A stretch of 64,000 nucleotides of DNA, taken from NCBI RefSeq assembly GCF_902459465.1, contig NC_047082.1, positions 1,612,001-1,676,000 on the forward strand, written 5' to 3'. Below the pieces are notes generated by a model that had not been told where the DNA came from, did not search any database, and saw nothing but the letters and a program-made list of their open reading frames with translations. How positions within the stretch are numbered: position 1 is the stretch's first letter; each line of letters starts with the position of its first letter. A program made the position numbers and the translations under genes. Positions 1 through 12,000 of this stretch are shown piece by piece. Source of the stretch: Asterias rubens. Taxonomy: Eukaryota.

Positions 1-35
1 AGATGACATCAGAATCGGGGAAAATGACTTACCAG
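1..35 (+). CDS. collagen exon (5' truncated), TSPN start
   Basis: [12 protein letters not shown] then gtaag; resembles COL9A1 KIRIGQDDLPG. Confidence 0.85.
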
Positions 36-3000
36 GTAAGAGCAACTTTTGTTTATGACACCACAAATTTGAAACCCGCAATCCACACTTTTGCTGTCAA
101 TTTTGACAACATTACGAGGGGGCGGGGCAAATCCCAAAAGTTTTGAGGGAAACAGTTTCGCTTCTTGAGGGCGCCATTTACACACACCGTTAAATAATCA
201 ACAAGCACAACTTTTGACTACCTTGGGTGGTGAAACCTAAAACCGAAAGGAATACACCGTGTGACTGTGATCACTGAGTCTGAAGAAGGAAATATTCAAA
301 TAAAATATCCTCCTGTTTCACAACATGGATAAGTTTGTTTTGGCGACGAAAGGATTGCTTCAAATGGACGAAACTGGTCACACAATCAGACAACAATTAG
401 TTACAGTTGTCAGAGTGTATGCCTATTGAATTGTGACTGCTGCAGTGCTGTACGCGTAGCGATGCCGGGATCCAATTCCATTGGACCATGTGTTTGGGTT
501 TGAGGTATGTAACTTTTATTAGGGGAAAACGCGTGGAGATTTAGTGCAGTCGCCAGTTTAAACTGAACTTGAGTGTGAGTGAGATTGACCTGTTTTGTCT
601 TAATATATAATAATATAAATAACTTAATTTAATAAGAACAGATCTTCGTGTTATTTGACTGTGTTTTGTATTTTGCAGGATGGGACGTGATTAGGCTGTT
701 TACGTTAGACAACCAGGCATCTGGAATTAAAGAAATACCTGGGTCTAATGAGTATCAGACGGCGTATAAAATCAACAAAAAGAGCGACCTGGTTCGATTC
801 CCTACCAGGTAATATTCACAAGTAGGCTGCCAGTGCCTTATTCGTTTTTATTGAATTAGCTGACTGGACTATCTATGGCCGTATGGGTGTGTTTTGACGT
901 TTTTAACAAATGACTGTTTCAGTTGATATCCAGTCGTGAACCGATGGCTAATTTGACCGTTTTAGATCATTGAACTTTGAAGACTATACCATTTTTGTTG
1001 TCCTTCGTTGAAAATTTTCAAGCAGGTCCTTATCTTTTTGTAGTAGGTGCGGCCTCCATACTTCCATGTAGTCCAAGTGTGGTCTTACTAAGGGTTTGTA
1101 TAGCTTTCCCATGATTATTTTATCCCTGTATTGGATGTGAGAGTTTGCAGAAGTAACACCCTCGATCTTTTCACATTTTTAGCAGTGTTGTAGCTTCACT
1201 GATCATACCCAACTTTCTTCATGAGTTGATGATGTATTTCTTTTTCTCTCCATCTCAGTGCATTATTCCCAGATGGCATCCCTGATGAGTTCTCCTTTGT
1301 CTCAACCTTCAAGATGAGTCCAGCAGCTCGGGAGGAAGACTGGCTTTTGTGGCAGATCCGAGACCGAGCCAAGGTCCCCCAGTTGGCTTTCAGACTCAAT
1401 GGAGAGCAGAAGGCGCTTCAGATCGTCTACGTTGACACAGAGAGGCAGCTTCAGAGCGTCAGCTTCAGGTCAGCCTTGGCTGTAATGCCTGTTTGTTGTC
1501 TGGCTTGACAATTTAAACATAATTTGCTTCTCTGCACCCATTTGTATAACTGAATGTTTAGAGTATTTGAGACAGTATTAAGATTGATATCAGTGTTATG
1601 CATGATGACCACCAAGGTTTTAGACAGGATTTGGTAAAAGGATGTCAAAATTTGCTGGAAATTTAAAAACAGTGTGTCCAAATTGTTAAAAAATGACAGA
1701 TACAACAGGGTGTCCACACTTATAACAGACACTCGGACACCCCTCTGGCTAACACCCTGATGACCTCTTCATTGTTTTAGAAATGGGATACTTTGGGTGG
1801 AAGTAGCAGAGATTTTCCAAGTGAATCTCAGTGAAAATGTTAAGAATCGTCAAAATCCTCCATATGTTTCGGATGGACTCTGGAGGAATGCTGCAGAGCC
1901 AAACAAAATTGAGAAAAGTATAATATTGGAAATACTTCCTGTTTGATTTTGGATTTAAAACATAATTCCTTGTGAATTTGATTGCAGGGATGTTGAAGCG
2001 CTGTTTGACGGTGACTGGCACAAGCTTCACATCATCATGCTGCGCGATCGTGTGACAGTGTTTGTCGATTGTAAGATTGTCTCATCTACCTTGATCTCCC
2101 CTCGTGGCGTTGTTGACTACACCGGGAAAATCAGCATTGGCAGAACCCTTCAGGATGATCAACCTGTACCGGTAAGATGCAACTAGCCAACTCTCTTGGT
2201 CTAACCATCTGGGAGTAACTTATCTTGTGTAGCTTAGCTCTGGGGCCTTTCTTAAACCTTGGCTTGGGATCTGGCTCCAGGCTCTATTGGCTGATGTTCA
2301 AACAAATGCGTGCAATAACAAATGTATAGGCCTGAATGCTGAGCTGCGTGTCCACTGCATACGCAGTGTGCGATGCCCAAGCCAGAGACGGAGCCCAAGC
2401 AGGGCTTGAGAAAGGCCCAAGGTAATGAAACCAAAGATGAACAACTAAAATCAATCTGTGCTCATATTTTTTTTTATATTCTATATCTCAATTGCCTTCT
2501 CTCTTTGCCACAGTTTGAGCTTCAGTGGATGATAATACACTGTGACCCTTCAAGACCAGAGCGAGATAACTGCGATGAGCTACCGGTAAGAACAGTCATT
2601 CATCCTAGTCAACCCTTGATGCGAAATAACTGTCAATAACTAAATCTCCATGTTTTGTTCAATTTTGTTGTCAACCAATTGCACTTTACATGGGATCAGG
2701 TACACAACTATAATCAGAGTCCAACATCTCAGCCCTTCCAAAGCAAAGTGACGTAACTAAAAAAAATGACATTTTGAGAACAGCAAATATAGAGATAATC
2801 TGTTTTGCCAAAGAGGCCGAGATATGACATGGTATATTCACATCCATACATAGTATGCCTTTGGAACTTTGAAACTTTTGCCATTAAAGGGCAGTGCTTG
2901 TATGTTGAGCTACTGGTTGATGTTGAATTTTTGTTGGAGTAACAACGAATCTCTGTAAAACACTGAAGGGGTTTTCCACCCCTCAAATTGCAGAAAAAAT

Positions 3001-6000
3001 GCCAACTTCTGAGAAAAATTTACCAAGTTTTAATAATTCTTAAGTTGACTCTTTAGAGAACATACAATGATGCCTTCGAACTTGAGTAATATTCGGTCTT
3101 TTTGTTTTGTTTGCAGCTACCACCAGTGGGTCCGACGGTAAGCTACGTGTTTTTATGAAAAATGGAGAATTTTATTATTTTTTTCCCCTTTTTTTATTAC
3201 AGTTTTTATAATAAAAAAAAGTGATTTGCCTGGTCTTAATCTTGCAAAACTGCTTTAATTTAAGCAGAACATAGGCCTATTTCTGCTAAGCAAAGATGAG
3301 CAGGAAACCAGTCATAGATGGTACATCTGACATGACTATTTAGCTGGTAACTTTATTCTGGTAAGCATCATATTTTTGGTTTGGTTTACAAGATACATTT
3401 TGCCCGTGAGAATAACTTTAAAGGAACAGTTTCATTTTTTGAAAGTTAACAGTTTTTGTGACTTCCATTTACAGACAGGGCAGTGTGAACAAGTTTGTCC
3501 TGCAGGACCTATTGGACCAGAGGGCCCATCGGTAAGCTCAAACTAGAACTCTTTTCTCTGGAAATTTCTGTTTTTGCTTTCTTACTTTTATGTTGGTCTC
3601 TCGACTATTCTTTTTTCCAGATATCTTTGTTTATCTCTTGTCATAGTTGAATCTGTTGGTCTAGGTGATCGGGCGTTTGTTTAGATAATCTTCCAATCAA
3701 GGAAACTCTGCAAACTCACAGCCAATCTCTGTCACACAAACATTCTTATTATTATTAATTGCATTAATCAGGAAATTTGGGTTCGCAACTTAATGACAAT
3801 GCTTATTCTAATCATTGTGCATATGCATATGTTGCTCCTGAACTATGGAGTAATTATGTTTGTCTCACCACTTAGTTCCAGCTTGGAGAAGTACACATTC
3901 ATTCTTGCTCTAAATTGCATGTAAATATTCTTTTATTTTGAATTGTCTAATTTGTATTTATCATGTCCAATTTGAACGCAGGGTGCACCTGGACGTCCAG
4001 GGCAGACTGGAGCACCGGGGGCACCAGGTGCCCAGGGGCAACAAGGCAGGGATGGACTACAAGGTTCAATCGGATTTAGGGTAGGTACATGCCCTCAACG
4101 CCCTGATGTGACCATGTTGCTTTTATTTCTCTCCCATTCAACCAAATCAAGGTGGGATGTCTGGTACCTTGCTACAGTGTGAAATTTTTAACTTACATCG
4201 TCATTGTGTACACAGGAAACCAGACGAGATGTGCATTGCACCAATCACACGAAAGGACTCACTTGCATATGTAAATATCTTTGTGAATATGTAAATATTT
4301 ATTTAAATATGTTTAAATTTTGTCTTGACAGGGGGAGCCTGGTACATCTGGCCCACCAGGACAGCCAGGCCCAAGGGTAAGTCATTTCCGGATGCTTTCT
4401 TTATTTTCATGTTCATCAAGTTTCATTTCATTAATTCTGGTTATAAAGCTAAGGACTCTCTGAAAAGCTTAATCCCTGTACCAGTCAAGAACCCAATGGA
4501 GAGAAAACAAGAAAGGAATTTTCAGTTTAAGATGTGTGAGGAAAACCCCGGAGAATTATTCCAGGGAAAACCTATGCAGTCAGGTAGTGACTGAAATCAC
4601 CATCCAAATAGTGCCCCAGGAGTGATTCGAACCGGGATCCAAGAGAAGAAAGGCGAGGAAAGATATCTCTACACCAATCCTTAAGCTCATGCTCTTCTGA
4701 AATACCTGTAACGCTGAAGCGTCTGCTTGAAGTCAAACAGGGCCCAATTTCATAGAGCTGCTAAGCACAAAAATTTGCTTAGCATGAAATTTCTTCCTTG
4801 ATAAAAACAGGATTACCAACCAAATTTCCACGTAATTATCAGGATAACCAAACAACAGCCGAATACCAGTAACAAGCAATATGCAACAAATGGAAATTTG
4901 GTTGGTAATCCTGTTTTTATTACGGAAGAAATTTCATGCTAAGCAAATTTTCGTGCTTAGCAGCTCTATGAAACTGGGCCCAGAACACAAAAAACCCTGC
5001 AAGAATAGGTAGAGACAGAAATCTGTGCTGTCTTAAATTTTTGAGGAGGCAAACTTACTTGTTCAGCTCACTTGTAGTAAAAATGATTAGAGGCACACCC
5101 TGGTTTGTCAAATGAATTAGTTTGTTGTTTTCTATGATCGCCCGGATTTTACACATCCAGTTTTGAAGTAGATTTATTACGTTTATATTTTTGCCATAGT
5201 TGGGGAATTAGGAGAAGATTAAAAGTCAACGTTTCTTTTTTTAATACTAGGGTGATCCAGGACCAATGGGTATAGATGGTATCAATGGACAGCGCGGTGA
5301 AAAGGTAACACACTGATTTCAGAAAAAGAATTTTGTTTATTTTATTGGCATTTGTGGCGGAATGAAAAACCACATATAGCTTTTTAGTGTAAGAACAAGG
5401 TGGTCCTACTTTGCTTTCCATTATAATGTGGTGAGCGTGTAATGACAGCTTCAGCTTCTGCTATTTCTTTTATGTAATCCACTATTTCTTGTTTGCTTTG
5501 TTTCAGGGTGAACAAGGTTTTAGTGGTCTGACTGGACCGGAAGGACCCCAGGTAAGGTTTCTTGGTGATCAGTAATATTTTGTAAAGTGGAATTATTTCT
5601 TGGCTTGATTGTTCCTACTCTCAGCAACATTTAACAGTGAATTTGAAAACCATTCAACGACACTGGTCGTGTTATGGTTGAGCAACTGAACACACAGCTA
5701 ATTGTGAACTTGTATCCACTGTGTTTATATCCACTGTGTTTATTGTCTATACAATTTCCTCTTGACATCATATTGTAGCAAGATGTGTTTGTTTTTGAAA
5801 ACCTTGCGGATGATATTGAATGGTCAGACAGGAGGAGGGTTGACTGTGTATCGTTTGTAGATGCATTCACCTCACAATATCATATTGCAGGCTGGCAGAT
5901 ATTGAATAGTCAGACAGTAAGAGGGTTAACTGTGTACTGTGTTGCTAAACTGTGCAGCTATCATTCAGAATGTTTTGCCTGTTTGGAGTACTGGTTTGAA

Positions 6001-9000
6001 GATGTTTCTTTGTTACTTTACAGGGTCAAACAGGATTCCCGGGTGATCCTGGCCCCCGAGGACCTGCTGGGGACTTCACCAACATTGAGGTATATATGCA
6101 TTACAGAGGGGAGTCAGGACACTAGTCCACCCTTGGCACAGTTGCATGGCTCAGCTACCGTAAGCAAAGAATTGCTGCTTAATGAAGCAGGAAATTCCGC
6201 ACTTACGTCAAGCGTATTTCACAGGTTAGAAGGGAAGTTTTGCATGTGTGCGTTACTAGGCATTGTTTGCTTACACAGCAAGCACAGAAATTGGTGCTTA
6301 CCATGTAAGCGAAGACTGGCGATCGCAAACACAGAATACGACGATAGGCCGAGCCATGAAATTGAGCCCTGATCCTCATTATTTTGCCAACAGACCACTG
6401 TTGGTCACTGCTAAAGGACTAAATGCATGTGACACTAGGAATTCAAACAGCCCCTGACTGATGTCAAACAAAGATCTCTAATTGGCTAATAGCAGTGCAC
6501 AGCCTCGGCAATGGCAACATATGTAACATGGCTATTTCTTCAAAGTTCCCTAACTGTTGTGTCAATTAAAGTTTTGCCTTTTTGTTTCTTGGCACAGGAT
6601 CTTGTGAAGGAACTTGGCCTACTGAAGGGTGAGCAGGGATTACCGGGTCTGCCTGGCTTAAATGGAGTTCCGGTAAGCTGCCAATTAACATAGTGCTAGA
6701 GTTCCCTAAGACTCTTGGGTGTCGACAAAGATACAAGACTAATCTTATCCTTTTGATATCACAGGAACCACATTTGTGGATTACTAAACATAAAGACAAA
6801 GATGAAACTTCATTAGATTCATTCAGTTTACATCAGAACCCATCCTCCAGAGAAAAACTTCTATCTGAAAAACAGGCAAAGTTGAGAAATTAGCGTTTCA
6901 AGATCTCCAAATAACCACTGCTTATTCTGAATTTGTCTCTCCTTGTTCTCAGGGTGAAAACGGTGTACGTGGACCACGTGGAGGTAGAGGCCAACAGGGA
7001 GCAGCTGTAAGCATTCTTCCCATTCAATCAGTCTTAGATAAACTGAAGCCCTTTTCTTATCCCCGTGGATTACAGCCTTCGGGGGGCCCAGGGACTTTTG
7101 TTACCCCACTGTTACCCCGGCGCACTTTCACACTGTCCCTGCCTAGATCCCTAGTCCAGGTTTCAAGAATACCTTTGGGTTTTACTGCCTACCCTAACTC
7201 CAAGGTTGTGCCCATTTACTGGGGTAAAGTAATCATAGTTTGAAAAGGACGGCCGTTTTAGTTTCAAAAGCATACAACAGCAGCAAGGTATATCAATAAA
7301 CCTCGCTGGTTGTGTATTTTTATGTTCAGGGTCTTGACGGTAAGGATGGAGCTTCAGGAATTCAAGGAGTACAGGGACCTGCTGGACCTCAAGGACCACC
7401 AGGCCCACCTGGTAGACCGGTAGGACATTATTTTCCATCAAATTCACACAGTTACCGAAAGCAAAACATGACTTCTAACACTTTGTTTTGAACAAGTCAG
7501 AACTAAAGTTTGAAAATGTTGTTTAATGAGTTTTTACTTGGGAAGAAAGAAAAGGGGAACTAGTGACAAACAGTGCATTCGACTTGGTATGTTGGGCGGT
7601 AATCTGCTACTAAGGTGACTAACCTTAAAAAAATATTCCATTAACTGTTTATGCATTTACCATGTTGTATCATTATTGCAGGCTGGCATAGTGCATTAAT
7701 GATCTGAAACCAAAGTGAACGATGAATGGTCAGACAGTTGGAGGGTTGACTGTGGACTGTAAATGCATTCTCAACATGATAACATATTAAAGGATGTCAT
7801 AGTGCATCTACCAAAACCCACGATGGATTATATTAAATGGTCAAATAGTAGGAGGGTTAAATACAGAATCCTTACTTTGCAAACCCCAATGGAGCTTTCA
7901 TTGTATCTAACTTGATTATTTCTTATGTTCAATTAGGGCGAAGCAGAGGATTCATCTTCCTCATCAACTCTTGTGGTAAATATTCCACGTTTGACATTGT
8001 TCTAATCCCATGTAACAAATGTTCTTGTTTTTTTTCTCCTTTTTCTTTCCAATTCCCTTCCTGCAAACCCACAACTCGTGCTGGTTGTCTTTGTCTGTTT
8101 ATAGGGGACTGAATCAGAATTCTCACAAGGGCCGACAGAGATTGTGGTCAGTATGATTGGTAGTCAGTGTGATCGACCTCACTTTTGACCCTTGACACGG
8201 GGTCATCTCAGAGAATGACCATTTTCACTTTTCATTTTTCACATCATGATCATTGCACATTTCCATCTTCTCCTGCTATTCTTAGTACAAACTTTTTTAG
8301 AGATATCATAGTTTTGGCACAGTTTAAGATTTGGTTTGTAAGTAAAAACATACACTATACACAAAACCTCAAAGGTTTTTACAAAATGTATTTTAATCTA
8401 TTCCAGAAATGAACGATCCATACACTTATTATGCAAATTATTATTATAACAGTTTAAAAAGAACTCATTGAAAAAATAAAATTCCTACTTAAAAAAATGT
8501 GAACGCAATTTGTTTTGGTGAACGTTGTGATATGTATTGTTTGTTGACAGAACTTGGCAAATAACCTCTTCAGCTTCACTGCACTGTTATTTTTGTCCCC
8601 AAAGTATGTGCCGACTGGTCCATTAAGCCCCACCCACTCTGGGGGATCATCCAATGAGGAGCCCCACTTGAACTTTCTCATCTACATAATTGCTTTGATT
8701 GGTCAATATGCCAAGTGGGCGGGGCTCAATGGAGCCAGTGTTTTCCCCATCAACCCTTTGCCATGTCTGCTTCATTACTTTAAATTGATGTTGCTTTCCT
8801 TTGCTTTGAGTTATTATTTATGTTTTTATTTATCTTTAACATTCTAAGCCACTAACAATACACATCCCCAGTTTAATGCCTGCATCACTTTGCCCATTTT
8901 TTAAAACCACAGCTTTCACTCTATCTAAGGCACCATCTTCCCATTAAAAAAGCCAAATGCGTCTATTTGCCAAATTACTGGATGAGCCTAAGGTCAATGC

Positions 9001-12000
9001 TGTGGTTTCAAAAAGGGCTAAAAAAGAGTAACTATCCACATCCCATCATCCACCAACCATCTTTGCCATTTTTATAATTTGTTTGATCCTTGAAATGTAA
9101 CTTAGAATAAAAGAGAAAACACATCACTGAGTAGTTTTTGTAGATCTAATCCTTTATCCACTAAAGTGGATTAGTCTTCTGTCTAATCCCTTAGTATTTT
9201 TCTGAGACGTAGCACCATCAGCAGAAGCACCCTCACACTTATTTTGCTACAATGACTTGACATCTTAAATATTTTTTTGTGGAGGAAAGATCACAAATTT
9301 CTCTTAAATTGACGTTTTATTTAAGTTGTGTTTTCAGCGTATTGTTCACTTGTATTTGTTTCAGAGTTGGAACAATTATCCTACATATTCTGCCCTCCCA
9401 CAAACTTTATTCAATTCCATATCAATTGTTCCATTCACATAAAGAATAACTTTTATTTTATTATTCATATTCAGGGGCCACCTGGGCCACCCGGACCCCC
9501 AGGCCCACGGGGAGTTCAAGGAATACAGGTAAAGAGTTTACATTGCTGTTTTAGACAACCAGAGCCCTATTTCATATAGCTGATAAGTAGAAAATTTAGC
9601 CAAGCAAGTTTTTTTTTTTGCTAAGCAAAAGTAAGCATGTTACCAGTCAGTATACATTTCAAGGTGTTTTGGCTGGTACATGCTTAGCAAAATTTGTCTT
9701 TGCTTGTGCCTTGTAAAATTGGCCCCTGCGTAGATTGTCATTTGGTTAGAGACTTGTTTATCCACTTTGATAAGGCCTCTATCTATTGGGAAATCAGTGC
9801 ATCACAAAAATGAACTAGAAGGCACTAGCTGCAGATACTGGTAAATTGTAGTTTTAGTATAAAATCTCATGATTTTATCTATTCAACTGCGTAGTAAGCA
9901 CCAATAACAGGATGGATAGAAAACAAGAAGGAATGTTCAGTTTTAGGTGTTGGAGGTAAATCCCCAATTGGAAAAACCCACACATCAGATAGGGACTGAA
10001 AACTCAATTCACATGCAAGGCTCTGGTCCGAGTTGGGACTCGAACCAGGGTCCACAACAGAAGTGAAAGGCAGGGAAAGAAAGCCACTTAAACAACCTCA
10101 TCCCCAAGTTGATATATTCTGAACAATTCTTTTGTGCAGGGAGAAACCGGACCTAGAGGCGATGCTGGAAGACCAGGACTAACTGGTGATAAGGTGTGTA
10201 TGATCATGGGAACAAGGTTGAAATAAGTTACAAGCGGTGGAAAGCTACACTGGCTATTCAAAGTGAGGTTGTACAGCTCACTACTTTCAGTGACAAACCT
10301 GCTTATTTGTGACATGAAAATTTGAAATGCAACCTTACGCGCTCTCTTTCGCTGGTTTTTTGTTGATTTGTTTTTTTTGTTTTTTTGTTTCCTCACAGGG
10401 TGACGAGGGTCTCCAAGGATCTGTTGGGAAGACCGGTGAAACGGGAAAAAGGGTGAGAGGAGAAAAAATTAGTATTGCAAACTCTCAGCTGATTATCTTA
10501 TGTTTTGGTTTCTCATTAACTACCAAATGCTCTTTGTTACATTTTACGCGCCCTCTGGCGTGCCTCGTGTTTTGCATAAATTCTTTTCACAACTTTTATG
10601 TTAAAGGTCCCATGATGTAACAGCTATTTCAGATGCAAGCTCACCGGCAGGCAGAAAGTTAATGTTTTGGTTTCGCCGCGACATCAGACGGCATTTTGAG
10701 CCCACATGTTCACTTGTTTGTTGTCTCCTTTTTGCTTGCAGGGAGTCCAGGGTGTTCAAGGAGTTCCAGGCCCACGAGGTGACAAAGGAGAGAGGGTAAG
10801 TAGATTCATCATTTACAAGGTTGATTCATGACATGTTGCACTCGTAAGAGTTCAGTATTAAAGATTATGTAACCTGTATGACTCTCAGTAGCATCTGTTG
10901 TCGTTTCTTACATACAGGGAATTCAAGGCCTCATTGGTATTCAAGGACCTACTGGTATTGTTGGACCTAGGGTGAGTATTTCAAGCTATTATCCCAGAGA
11001 AAAGAAATTGTTTTGAAGGAGTGCTGAGTTTTGGAGAAAAACAAAATTACAATGTATATTTTAAGATTTAGTTCCCTGGATCTTGAATTTGTGAAATAAT
11101 AGGGGTTTCGGGAACATCCAAGAAAAAGACAGAGACTTATTTTTAAGAAGGTCTCAGACCCTCCAAAGAAAGTTATTTTGAAGAAGTGCTTGGTTTTGAA
11201 TTGTTTTTTTTCTTCTGACCACAAAGCCTAGATGCTGTTTTGTCGTTCAGTTTGCAGGATCTTGAGTCAAGTTATTTTAATCTGATCTTGTTTTATTTTA
11301 TTTAGGGAAACGATGGCCCACGAGGTTCCCCAGGCCCTCCTGGTATTGCAGGAGCCAAGGTAAGCTAATTTTCATTAATCCAGGGATTGTAACTTTCAGG
11401 CTTTTATATAAAATAATTGTGCATTGAACAAATAAAAGGTCCAGCACTGTCACATTACTTAGGAGGTCGCAGGTGCAAGTCCCGCTGCAGTAATTTTTTT
11501 CTGTGTTCAACCCAAAATTATTAAAATAGTACTATGTCAGCCGTCGATTTCACAAAGAATTAGGACTCGTCTTATCTCGAGTTAGGACGAGTAGCTCGTC
11601 CTAACTTAGGATTAATCTTAAGGTCTGCATGCTACAGTGCATGGTTGGGACTCGTCCTAAGTCCTAAGATTAGTCTTAAGTTAGGAAAAGTTTTGTGAAA
11701 TCGGCGGCAGGTTTACATGACAGGAACGATTTGTTGCTAGTTGTAAAGCATCAAATCATACTTGGGATGTATTTATTTGATGTATCAACCATTAAGACTA
11801 ATATTTTGCTACGTTGTTTATTTCAGGGTTCTCTTGGTAACACAGGATCCCCTGGTCTTCCAGGAATGAAAGGAGAAAAGGTTTGTAACTAATACTGGAT
11901 AGATTCCTTCTGATAAAAAAGGAAGCAGAAAATAGTTAACCACTTTAGATGGTGGGCGAGCAAACTTTTTAACTGAGATACACAAGGCTTTGGAAAAAAA

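Noticed and set aside
5785-6372. Longest ORF (195 aa)
   Set aside because: It is intron sequence plus collagen exon 6024-6089 read in another frame plus a MITE; no domain-like content.
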